Positions 12,660 to 23,903 of a stretch of DNA of 64,000 bases are shown piece by piece. Under the pieces are notes generated by a model. The model ran no database searches. It was given only the letters and a program-made list of their open reading frames with translations, and was not told the DNA's origin. Source of the DNA: Toensbergia leucococca (lineage: Eukaryota); contig JALDZS010000001.1 of NCBI GenBank assembly GCA_022813965.1, forward strand, positions 372,001 through 436,000. Direction: 5' to 3'. The first letter of the stretch is position 1. Every line of letters starts with the position of its first letter. A program made the position numbers and the translations under genes.

Positions 12660-13856
12660 ACGTCCTTACCGCCCCCCAAAATTGCCATCATCGGCGCCGG
12701 CCCCGCAGGTCTAACCTTAGCCCGCCTCCTGACATCCGCCCACATCCCCACCACAATATTCGAGCGCGAACCCGACTCCGCCGCCCGCTCCCAAGGCGGC
12801 AGCCTCGATCTACACGCCGACTCCGGCCTCCTCGCCCTCAAGCAAGCAGGCCTCCTCGACGAATTCAAGAAGCACGCTCGTCCCGAAGGCGATGGAGAGG
12901 TCATTGCCGACAAAGCTGGTAAGCGCTATCTCGACACGTTTGAGACTCCGCTCCTTGAAGGCGGTGGTGGCGAACAGGCAGACAAGGAAGCTGCAGCGAG
13001 GCCGGAGATCGATCGGCGTGCTTTGAGGCAGATCCTGCTGGATTCGCTGCCCAAGGGGACCGTACGCTGGGGCTGCCAGCTCCAACGCGTCAGCGCGGAT
13101 CCCTTCAGCCTCCACTTTTCGCACGGCGTAGAAACAGGCTTCGACCTCATCGTCGGCGCGGACGGCGCTTGGAGCAAAGTCCGCCCGCTACTCTCGCACG
13201 TCAAACCCTTCTACTCCGGCATCAGCGGCATCGACGTCCGCTACGTCAACATCGACGCCGCGCATCCCCGTCTCGCCAAGCTGATCGGTCCGGGTGCTTA
13301 CATGGCCATGGCGGACGGAAAATCGCTGCTGGCGCAACGCAACGGCGATGGCAGCGCTCGGTACTATATCTGGGGCTTGAAGCCGGAGAAGTGGATCGAG
13401 GAGTGCGGGATTGATTTTCGGGATGCGGGGGCCGTGAAGCGGGCGTTTGCGGAGGAGTATCGGGACTGGGCCCCCGAGTTGAAGGAACTGATTACGGCGG
13501 CGGATGAGGCGGATCTGGAGCCGAGGGCGCTATATATGCTTCCTGTGGGGCATGGGTGGGAGGGGAGCGAGGGAGTGACGCTGATGGGAGATGTGGCGCA
13601 TTTGATGACGCCGTTTGCGGGGCAAGGGGTCAATGTTGCGATGCGGGATGCGGTTGAGTTGGCTGCGGCGATTGCGGGTTCGGAGGGGGGATCAGAGGCA
13701 TTGGGGGAGCGGGTGAGGGGATTTGAGGAGGAGATGTTTGGGAGGACGGGGACAGCGGCGGAGGAGTCGTTGGATAATCTGGGGCTGATTTATAGGGCTG
13801 ATGCGCCATTGGGGTTGGTGGAGATGTTTCAAGCGCATGCGAGTGGGGAAGTGTGA
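12660..13856 (+). CDS. FAD-dependent monooxygenase, TetX-like (group A flavin monooxygenase); start codon unresolved
   Basis: KIAIIGAGPAGLTLA (GxGxxG), QGGSLDLH, RPEIDRRALRQILLDSL, DLIVGADGAWSKVR, VTLMGDVAHLMTPFAGQGVNVAMRDA; intronless. No in-frame ATG before the FAD-binding motif; ACG at 12660. Confidence 0.88.
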   Translation, partial: TSLPPPKIAIIGAGPAGLTLARLLTSAHIPTTIFEREPDSAARSQGGSLDLHADSGLLALKQAGLLDEFKKHARPEGDGEVIADKAGKRYLDTFETPLLEGGGGEQADKEAAARPEIDRRALRQILLDSLPKGTVRWGCQLQRVSADPFSLHFSHGVETGFDLIVGADGAWSKVRPLLSHVKPFYSGISGIDVRYVNIDAAHPRLAKLIGPGAYMAMADGKSLLAQRNGDGSARYYIWGLKPEKWIEECGIDFRDAGAVKRAFAEEYRDWAPELKELITAADEADLEPRALYMLPVGHGWEGSEGVTLMGDVAHLMTPFAGQGVNVAMRDAVELAAAIAGSEGGSEALGERVRGFEEEMFGRTGTAAEESLDNLGLIYRADAPLGLVEMFQAHASGEV

Positions 13857-14548
13857 GCTGTGTCTGTGAGTCACATTGGGGGTGCGAAATCATGATCTTC
13901 CCCAGACGATCCTGCGGCTGGTGTCAGTGTATTGAAAAGGGGTGTCACTCAATGGTTCCCTTTTTTTTCTATTGTATTTACACAAGTCTTGACAATGATT
14001 CAAAGATTTACGGGACTCACTCACACCCATGGAATTCATTCCCCCCAACTAAGTCCCCTCTTTGCAGAAGGACTTATTCTAAGCCACCCAAAAGCCTCCC
14101 CCTCGCCCCCCCCCCGGGCCCTGGATCCATCCCGTAGCCTGATTTCCTCATCTTCACCCTCTCAGTTTCTTTTCTCTCCTTTTGCGAGGGTGATACCTTA
14201 CAGCTAGAGATATGCGATGGAGATGTTAAGGGGGGACGGGGTCGAGGTTGGCAGTAGCTGCCCCAGCTGGTTGTCTCCCGATGCCAGCAACAGTCACGAA
14301 CTGCATCTATCTCCTCCCAATCATTTCTACTCCCGCGCTCTTGGAATCGGGCCGCGGTATTACCTCCCTCGCGTGCACACAGATGATTGCGGGATCCTAG
14401 GCCACCAAAGTCCCCCTCATACTCCCTCCGCCATTTCCCCCCCCAGAAACCTGTAATATCGGGTATGAGCAATTCGTAGCCGTTCTTCATAGCCCCTCTA
14501 ATACATATAGAGCGCCCTCTGATAGTATGCCAAAGCTCTGTTTTGCGC

Positions 14549-15254
14549 TCATAGATACTTCCTCCCGGCCGCAACGACCCGCTGCCGAAACACAGCGCTG
14601 CCAATTACCTTCTCCGTGCCTCCGAACGGGCTCATTATGGCCTTGATCCAGCACTCGAACACTTCCCCAAAAAATAGCCGGATTGCTTCTTCCGTCTGCG
14701 GCGAGGTGGGGTTGTTGGCGATGGAGGTGTTGGTGCTTGTTGCTGAGGCGCGCGAGGAGGAGGAAGATGCTGTGGTGTTGCCAATGCCGGTGATGCTGGC
14801 GTTTGTGGGGGGGACGGAGGTGTAAGGGAGGAAAGGGGGAAATGCGTTTGGGTTGTGAGCTGGGGGGAGAGGGGAGGTGTTGGGGGGGTGGGGGAGGTGA
14901 AGGAGGAGGAATTTAGTGAGGGTGGGCGTCAGGAAGGTGGAAATGTGGGAGGTGGAGAATTGGTCGATGCGTTTGAGATACCTGTTTTTTTGAATCGCGG
15001 GGGAAGGGGCGTCTATTTTAGTTTTTTTTTCCATTTTCAATTACGGCGATGGATTGGTTGGGGACGCACATCTGGGGGCTGAGCCATTGAACCTCTTCTA
15101 CTATGTCCAGGCTGCTGTGCACGATGAAGGGGTTCATGGCGCGGGCTTCGGGGGAGAAGCGGGCCTGACCGTCGCCGCCTTGTTTGGAGGTGCCGAATTC
15201 GAGCTCGAAGAGCGGGTTATCTCTTGTGCCGACTATGCAAAAGTAGTAGGACAT
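14549..15254 (-). CDS. TRS20: TRAPP complex subunit Trs20 / sedlin (TRAPPC2); exons 15254-15070, 14981-14549
   Basis: MSYYFCIVGTRDNPLFELEFGT..FIVHSSLDIVEEVQW; spliced MYLKRIDQF; C-terminal IRLFFGEVFECWIKAIMSPF..FRQRVVAAGRKYL. Confidence 0.93.
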
Positions 15255-15580
15255 TCTTGCCTTGGATAAGGGATTGGGGGGGTTGCGGCTGTGGATCGGG
15301 ATTGGAGTTGAGGGGCGTTTTGTCCACCTTAAGAGCGTGTTGTGATCGGTCGTACGGAGTAGAATAGCGGAACGTCACTAGAAGTTGCAGGGCTTCGACG
15401 TAATTCCGCCCCGGCCCGCGTTATTGCAGCGAGCGAAGCGAGATGCATTTACAGTGAGGTGTTTTCAGACGGACCTCGCCTATGATGCAATCACGTGAGG
15501 TCCCCAATTACTGACTTGGGTTTAAGATGATGGTGCTATGCCTATCTAGGTTACCTAGCGATGTGTTCGAGCTACTGATG

Positions 15581-15950
15581 ACTCAATCGATTCCATGCCC
15601 ACCTAATTCGAATTACCATGCTAACGGCAATGGTGGCTAGGGATTCTACCAACTATTCTCCTCTATCTACTCAATCAATTCCATGCCCACCTAATTCAAA
15701 TTACCATGCTAATGGCAATGGTGGCTAGGGATTCCATCAACTATTCTCCTATATCTACTTGATTGATTTCATGCCCACCTAATTCAAATTATCATGCTAA
15801 TGGTGATGGTGCATAGGAAAACGTGACAAATGGCCATACAATTCCATCAACTATTCTCCCTTGATTGATTTCATAATACTCACGTAATTCAAATTATCAT
15901 GCTAATGACTAGATATGATGCTTAGAGAAACGCGACAAATGATCATACAA
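15581..15950. repeat. Degenerate tandem array, ~88-bp unit x4
   Basis: Units start near 15581, 15669, 15757 and 15861 and share catgcccacctaattc(a/g)aatta(c/t)catgctaa..attccatcaactattctcc. Confidence 0.9.
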
Positions 15951-16941
15951 AGTGCATGTTATCTTCATTTCTTACTTGATTCCTTACTCAATTTCTTAGG
16001 ATTAGATATTACTCCGTAGATAGATATAGTTCATAGATAGCATAGAGATAATGCAATGAACTCTTATACATACGACTACAAATCGCGCTTTATCTGTATA
16101 CATTGATAAGTCAAGTACGTTGAGATATATCTACGCAAGTACGTTTATTGCGTGGGCAAGTCAAGACGTCATTTCTTAGCAATTATATATTTGACAGTAA
16201 ACTCAAGCAAGTCTTTCACTATAACAAGTCAACTATACTACTACAGAAGATAAACCGTAATATCATTCAGTACCCCGCCCCTAAGGTAACTATGTAATCA
16301 CATACCAGTTTAGGTTAGTGTATAGATCTCACTCGCTGCACTTCTAGCGGGTGGTCCCCTCACGGTGGATCTATTTTTTAAATGCAGGGCTAGGGCGGAG
16401 GTCGAATAGAATATATCCCGCTCCGCCAACTCACGTACAGTGCAGCCAGACTTCATTAATGCGATGTCTGCTCTACGGATACGATGAAGGGCTAATGAAG
16501 CAGTATGTACTCAAGGTAGATCTCTAAATTATCATTCTGATAACTACGATATCGTTTTGAATCTATGAGTACCACCGGCACTTTCAAGGTTAAGAAAGAT
16601 GATCAGAATTCTATCAGTGCTCTATGAGGCTGGTCAGCTATGAAAACGTCGTTGCTTTGGTTGTAAGATTTGGCCCAAGTCTTGGGGGTTCGGGCAGAGA
16701 CAACATAAGTATGAGCCTCTCGTTCAGGGGCGGTAATGAGAAGTTCACAGCTTGCCAGAAAGAGCATTCGCGCATCGTAATGGGACTTTCATTCAATTGT
16801 AAATCATACGGAGAGCTAGATTGAGGAGTATGATCATTTCATCTGAGCGCAATAAACAAATGGAGATGAAAGTAAATTTATACATGGATGAAAAATATGA
16901 TGATATATATCAACCCAAGCGATAGCACGAATCCCGTTCTT

Positions 16942-18139
16942 TTACAAGTCTTTTGCTATATCAGGCTCAATAACTTCCAGCTTCGCCATCAGTTCATCCC
17001 AGACTCTCTTTTGTAGCTCAGTCCCTTCATGGCTTAGTACAAAAGGAGAGGGTCTAATGAAAAAAGAGACCATTAGTAATATTCTACCACATCCATTCTA
17101 CAAAAAGAATATGGAAAAGGTCTGTCGAACTTACTTGGCGAGTCTCCCACAATCTATGTACTGGCCATGGCTGTCAGAGCTAGCCTCCACAGCTGCTACG
17201 ATGGTACGGCTTCCTCTCTCCGCCGTTCTCGCGAATAGGAACCGCATCACCATGACGACGAGAGAAACGAGGAAGAAACCATCGCGGTTGATCTCCGAAT
17301 AACATATTCCTGGATTGACATAATTGACCGTCACAGGCTGCTTTTCACTAGATTGTGAGATTTTGGCTGCGAGCTCCCTTGCGCAGAAGACCTGCAGGAG
17401 TTTGGAAACGTAATATCTATTTTTAAGGACAAGGAATCAAGGGAGATGGTAAGCTAGATCTTCAGTTGATATCGATAATGGATAGATAGCTTGCTAACTC
17501 AGGAACTGACAGAGTGTTGACACGAATATAATCTCCAACATACCTAGAATCAATATTTGCCGCCCGCCTATCATTCAAAGCTTCGAAGATATTTGGACTT
17601 TTCTTCTCAGGTAGGTCGGTAAAGAAATGGCCAGAGGAGCTGACGATGGTTAAACAAGGTGTGCTATTATATCTCGAGCTTGTCTCTCGCATTTTCGGCA
17701 ACATCAGGATAGCCAGAAGCATAGTGCTCACGACGTTGGTAGTGATGGTTGCCTCATTATCCTCGGAAACGCGGTATACCTGCGTTGATATCCCTGCATT
17801 TTCCACGAGCGCATCGATCCTCTCGAGGGTCTGCGCATGCCGCACAAACTCCTTGACGGACGCATAGCTCGACAGATCAAGCAGCCAGACCTCGACGACG
17901 CTGCTTGTGTTTGTACTGGCTTCGATGGATTGCTTGGCGATATCTCCTTTTTCTAGAGACCGCACTGCGAGGATGACCTTTTTCGCGCCCATACGAGTAA
18001 AGTGTCGAGCTGTTTCAAGGCCGAGTCCTGTATTAGCTCCAGTGACGATGATGGTCTGTCCCTGGTAATCCGTTGTAGGAAGAGGAGGTCTGTAAATGAG
18101 CTGGTTGTACAGCGACTCTTGTAAGAAATCCAAAGCCAT
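16942..18139 (-). CDS. Short-chain dehydrogenase/reductase (retinol-dehydrogenase-like); exons 18139-17544, 17416-17135, 17053-16942
   Basis: TGANTGLGLETA (TGxxxGxG), LDLSSYASV, LVENAG, catalytic YYVSK formed across intron 1, VNYVNPG; C-terminal exon PSPFVLSHEGTELQKRVWDEL. Confidence 0.92.
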
Positions 18140-18522
18140 GGTAGAGCGCAATCAATGTTGGAAATGCAATTGGTGTCAATTGTTCTGATCCCTTGTGTAC
18201 TTAACTTGTACCTTCTACCTAGTTACTTGTTCATTGTGGTTTCGCTGAATATCGGCACCACTCGGTGTGACGACATCGAAAAAAGGGGTCCACAGGTTAT
18301 TCTAGTATCCAAAGAGCAGTTACTCGAATTTCATCATGTAGCTGAAAGATTACTGTAGCCTTGCAGTAAGAATTCGTTCATATCATTTGAACAAGAATTG
18401 GTGCAAACTGTTGGTCGGTTAATCGGCTCTGATCGGAGCTGTGATTGGGCACATGCACCCTGTCAGTCTCGACCTCATCTTCTCGAAACTCCAACGGCGA
18501 CCACCCTCCCATCACCATAAGG

Positions 18523-19114
18523 ATGTTCGGTGCCTTTAAGCCCACCTCCTCCCTCTCAGGTGGTCTTCTCTGGTACCCACCTCACTCGCAGCCGTCCATC
18601 CGAATCCAATCACTAATCGCCAATCAGGAAAATTCCCTGGCGGCTCTCGCAGCCCCAAAAAGCTCGCCAGCGCAAACGCCTCCGCGCCGTCGACGCCGTC
18701 ATCGCGACTGTAGACGCTGCGCTCGCGAAACAGGGCGAGACGTCCAAGGCTGTGGAGCGCTGGAAGGAAGAGATGCCGGCAGAATGGGAGATGTTGCCCA
18801 AGGACAAGTATACGATTTTTGATCGCAAGGAGAAGAAGTATCGGAAGGGGGTACATAGTAAGTTCACAAGCATTTTAGCAATTTGATTTTCTGTCTTGAT
18901 TCTGGGGGGACGAGGGAAAAATTCCGGACGGAGAAATTGGGGGGGTTTTGGGGGGGGGAAGTCTGGTGGAGAAATTTGGGGGAGAAGCCCAGGGAGGGGG
19001 GGATGGATCAGGCATGTGCCAAACAGTAAACGGATATTAGCTGACTGGTGTGGTGATGCAGAGCTTCCAAAGTGGACCAGAGTTAGCCAAAGAGTTAATC
19101 CCCCAGGCTTCTGA
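18523..19114 (+). CDS. MRPL31: Mitochondrial large-subunit ribosomal protein mL60 (MrpL31), 3 exons
   Basis: Spliced product [78 protein letters not shown]. Confidence 0.93.
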
Positions 19115-19926
19115 AGAAAATGACATAGACCGTCGAGCATTTCTCGCTGAGCATATTCGTGCGAGGCTGGTCTTTCGGACCATTGTATCTAGGGAGCATT
19201 GGGCGGCGTATCAGACTGCATTCATAGATCGCCGAGTCTTGCATTTCGACGCTCTGTATCTCGATTCACTGTATCCCACAAGGCTCGCAATGAATTTATC
19301 AAAAGACAAAGTTCACGCTACTGCAGCATTGCTATATATATAAATCGTTTTCATTGAAGGAAATACTGCCGTCTTCAAGAAAGCTGTGTCTTCTTACTGG
19401 CTACAGCTCGGCTGTCTGGCAGCTGCCAAAGCCTCTCTGAGCCTTCACCATGGCACTGAGGTCCAGTGTGAACGTCGCAATGTTTTTTGCTTTGAATTGC
19501 ATCTACCGTTGGCTTTGTGTCCTGCGCCTGTGCAAATGTTGGTCTCGCTGCCTGGAAAAATTTCAAAAATGGTCAGTCCTGCCGGCTTGAGCTCGGGTCT
19601 TTGGCAGCCGCCCAACGGTTCTTTGAGGTCTCACCATGGGTCCAAGGTCCAATTTGAAGGTCGTGATGATTTGTCCTTCACCTGGAAAAAAACTTGCATT
19701 GGCTACCAAGAACATTTTCTTCAGGTGTCCGGCATGAGTAATTGATAGCTTGAGATGTATATACCACGATTTCTGAAGTCACAAAATCCCCAATTTTCAC
19801 CTATTGCAGTCTACTACCCATCAATTGAAGCACTTACCAGAGTCTCCTCTTATCTTAGACATTCAGCCTAATCTCACGCTCGGAGTTGACATATCCTTAA
19901 CTCCACAAAATTCCATACCAAAGAAT

Positions 19927-20654
19927 ATGCCTCTGCCCATCTATAGTAGCAGTCCGGACTCAAGACCAAATGCTGGGGTAAGCAGAGACCTTTTTGATTG
20001 CTTAATCGCATTTTAGAAGATTTGTACTGATAGAACATTACTCGCCAGTCCATTAGTCACGTAGGGCTTTTATTGGAACGCATAGAGGGCCGAATGGTTG
20101 CCCTCGCCGATACGCAGAAGAAGCACGGCGAACTGCTGGACAACCTCTCCGGCGAAGTTGATGGAATTAGCAGGGAATTCGGAGCGTTCAGCGACAATCT
20201 CTATCATGTCAGCTGGGACGTCGAACGTATCGACGAAAAGCTCTGCAATCCGGCCAACAGCGCAGTTGCGAATGGGGAAACTGTCAATACCATCAGCATG
20301 AGCCTTTCTGCCACGGCCGGGGAAGTGAATCGAATCAATCAGATGGTCGAAATAATCCGCAGGAACCTTTCGTCAACGGATGGAAAGGTGTATACAACCG
20401 GTGATATGGTCCTGAGAATGAACCAGAGTCTCTTTGCGCCCGATGGGTTGACAGACATGATCGATAAGATTTTCAATCAGCTCATTGAGGGCGTCAAAGC
20501 TGTTGAGAAGACAGTAGAGGCGAACAGCGGGACACTTCAGGCCAAGATTGATGCGTTGGACGAGAAGATGGATAGAATACTGTCGCTCGTAGAGGTGCAC
20601 AGCAAGCGTCCGGAGAAATGCAGATGGTGGGAGATTAGACGCTTCTTTTGGTAG
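19927..20654 (+). CDS. Hypothetical coiled-coil protein, 2 exons (intron ~19978-20048)
   Basis: ATG at 19927 and a GTAAGC..CTGAT..CAG intron join it to the 193-codon ORF, which has heptad-like periodicity and ends WWEIRRFFW. Confidence 0.6.
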
Positions 20655-21484
20655 AATGTCAATGCACTGATAATTCTCGCTTTACATAACGTCTCTTCCT
20701 CTTTCTCTTAATCTTTACCGTGGGCTCTGTCATACTATAAGTACCTATGTAAGATCGATCAACGAACATTTCGACTGTAAAAAGAACTTATGTTGAGAGC
20801 ATTGATTAAGTCTTTCGAAAAACGTACGCTTGTCCCGATGGAGGTGGATAATCCAAAACGGCCAGCCAGAGCGAGGGAAGGTAAGAATTGCCAAGGATAA
20901 ACGATTATTCCAAGGATGCATGATCTCAGTATTTGATGTCTAACTAAAAATACGTCGTAAGTATTCAGGCGTCGGAGGCGTTGACATTTCTGAATATTCT
21001 GCCTGCCACTAGAATCAGAAATTATTGTTACCGTATTTCCTAATATCGGTGGCATTCACCAATGTGTCATGCTAAGGAAAATAAGGGAAAGCAGATACCA
21101 ATTGCCTAAAGAATACTGGAAAGGGCTTGGTTCATCTATCGAGATATAATAACCAATGCAGAGATGACGATAGAATTAAAGAGAATGGGTTTTGTCTTTG
21201 ATATGGTCGAGGCTTAGCAGGCATAATTGACCGATTTTGGTGCATTTGGAGAATGTGAAAATTGCTAATTTCGTTGGACAAAAGAGACCCGGTGAGAACG
21301 ATTTCCGTATTGCGATTTAATTTCAATATGTACTGACGAAGTGTCCTCGCAAGAAATGCATCAGTTCTTCCAATACCAAAAGAAGTCGGTTGGCCGACGC
21401 CTCCCTCATGTTCATCGCCGAGAAAATAGCATTATTCTTTGGAAAACGCCCCAGTCTCCCTATTATCCAAATCTATTGCCGCAC

Positions 21485-22009
21485 CTATGCCACTATGATG
21501 CTAGCCCCAGCATCTTCTCGCTCCTCGATCACAGGCCATATGTCTTCACTCGGCTCCCTCCACGCTCGAGGTCTCGCAGATCGATGCCTTGAGAATTCTT
21601 CGGCTCGATCGCGTGGGCTCGAGGTGGGAGAACTTGGTATAGCAAGTTTCGAGGGCTCGCTGGAAACGGGCGTATGCGGTGGACTCCGTCTTGGAGGTGG
21701 CCGAATATCAAACGGGTGAAAGTACCGCAACTGTAATCTCTCTATCCATCTCTTTAGCTTTGCTGCAGCAGACTCTCTAGTCGAGGTAGCAGCTATCGTG
21801 TGAGGCCGATCTCGATGAAATGGCGATAGTGAACGAGAGCGTGGCTTGTTATCGATGCCGGCAGCCAGATCATTTCCATCAAAATCTTGGAGTTCTTCGG
21901 CTGGTGTGACAAAGTATGCGAAAGGGTTCTCGTCTATCTCATTACCAGGATTGATCCTCTTTGACTCGCGCAGTGGTGGCCATGAACAGTGCTTTATACG
22001 AGAGCTCAT
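21485..22009 (-). CDS. Hypothetical fungal protein
   Basis: First ATG at 22009 (MSSRIKHCSWPP); motifs ENPFAYFVTP and RPRAWREPSEDIWPVIEE look like conserved blocks. Confidence 0.65.
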   Translation of the reverse strand: MSSRIKHCSWPPLRESKRINPGNEIDENPFAYFVTPAEELQDFDGNDLAAGIDNKPRSRSLSPFHRDRPHTIAATSTRESAAAKLKRWIERLQLRYFHPFDIRPPPRRSPPHTPVSSEPSKLAIPSSPTSSPRDRAEEFSRHRSARPRAWREPSEDIWPVIEEREDAGASIIVA

Positions 22010-22922
22010 CACGGGAAGGGTTGCATCCTCTCTTGGACTGTAGAGGGGTATGAAAGGGCAAAAAGGACCTGGAAGAGTCAAACGAGAGATTCAAATGAAA
22101 TGGTCATTTTTGGAGCTGTCACGCACAGATACATAGAAAAGCTGAAAGGGCGATTGTGTATATATATTGACATATGGCCTAATAACAATAATAATCTGTA
22201 TGTGTGACTTGTAAAGAGGCTCTGATGACTCTTGTGCACGAGGGCGCATGCTGCGCCATACGAGTAGCAGGGCGAAGTCGTGTGACAGCAAAAGTAATCG
22301 GAGATGATAGTTTTAAATTCAGCGGAAAAAAAGGAAAGATCTGGATTAATGTCCTTGAAGACATGACTTCAATGTCGTAGGTAACCAGCTGGATCCAACA
22401 TCTGCGGGAAGCTTAGAGAGGTAGAGCGCCGAAAAAGAGATAGGCGGTATCTGGAGTATGGTGGGTTTGGCTTTAAACACGACACGTGATGCAAGCTGGA
22501 TATGATACTCGTAGTACTCGCACTCGTAGATGCAGGAGGGGCGGAGGAAAGAAGGATCTGAATTTCCTGGTCTGAGACAATGAGGCTCCGTAGGTAGGTA
22601 GGTAGACCTCGGAGGAAAGCACTAAGACGCATAGGGATGGCGGATGCAGCCTCTTCCAACTGCCGACGACGACAGGTTGAGATGATACGAGACACACCGA
22701 GACACTGACGAGTAGCAAAGATAAGGGTGATCATCATCTACCCATTAAGCCTTCGACCAACAGCTACATCGTCTCTGCCTATCTACCATTCTATCTATTG
22801 AATACAGACAACCGTCCAGAGATCGTGGTGAGAAAGTGCCATACCAAAACTGCCTCATTACTCGTCTCCAAAATTACAAATTTATCCGTTCGGATCTCCT
22901 ACTCACTCTAATTTTCATATCT

Positions 22923-23903
22923 TCAAAGGGGCACTGTGACGCCTCTTGATCGAATTGAGTCCAGCGCTTCTTGTTCCTCGAACCCTTTTACTCTTTAGCA
23001 TTGCTGCCCAATTTGACTGCAGAAGCATCCTTACTCACCAACTCTCGATATCGCTGTGGTCTGATCAACATTGATCACTCGGGTCACCACGCTCTGTAGG
23101 TTAGTTCCCATCTGCAACGACGCATCAGACGAATCTTCAATTGGTCCCATCCCAATCAGCGAGATTCGAATTCGGTATCTTCCGGCTCTCTGTATAGCAA
23201 GATTAGAAAAAGACGCATAGCCCAGGCTAGAAGCTTCAGCGTTCGATATTTCTGGATGGATCGAATCTACCATGGAACCTTGTAAGAGGTCTGACTGAGG
23301 TGGAGCCAGTGCTGTTGTACCGTCTTCAGACACGACGCATGCTAGAGCCCATAAGCTTTCGGCATCTCGTACCATGTCCCTAGGGTTGTATTCGGCCCTC
23401 CGACATCGAAGATTCATGAATATTGGAGGACTGAGAAGGTCTCCGGCACGAACTCTTGATGGAGGCTGAAGCATAATACTCATAGCGTATGGACCGTCCG
23501 AGTCAGTGTTGATACCATTCACTAACGGATCTAGGTTTGTGTTTTCTTCTTCTTCCATAGTCTCTGTCATTGCTTCAGAAAAATCCGATCCGATCTGCTC
23601 ACGGACTCGTGCTACTCCTCCTCGGTTCTGCTGGTTCTGGCTGAAACTATCTGGTTGCAATCCAAACATCCTTGGTTCGCTTCGCCGAAATTGCTGGGCG
23701 CTGCTTGTAGGCTCAAGGAATTGAATAGTGGGGCTAGTGTCCTGTTCCCCCCTCGACGTGGACTGATTTGCGAGTCGCGCAGACCTCCTAAGCAACTGAC
23801 CACTTCCGTCAAAATTTGAGGCAGACCGCCGACCACTGGATCCTAATACAGGCCTGTAATCTTGACTTTGACTCACTGGTCTGCGTCGACCTCTACCTAG
23901 CAT
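22923..23903 (-). CDS. Divergent velvet-domain-like protein (2 exons; intron near 23038-22985)
   Basis: LQPP..LSPPIFMNLR, LLQGSMVDSIH and ASFSNLAIQRAGRYRIRISL resemble the velvet-domain blocks (QQP..PPP, LxGxxxxS, FxDLSVRxEGxYRL). GTGAGT donor leads to a short terminal exon FEEQEALDSIRSRGVTVPL. Confidence 0.7.

Noticed and set aside
14074..14604. 176-aa minus-strand ORF downstream of TRS20
   Set aside because: Overlaps the TRS20 3' end, has a low-complexity tail and no recognisable motifs.
15581..15950. CRISPR-like repeat array
   Set aside because: Units are contiguous tandem copies without unique spacers; eukaryotic context; no cas genes.
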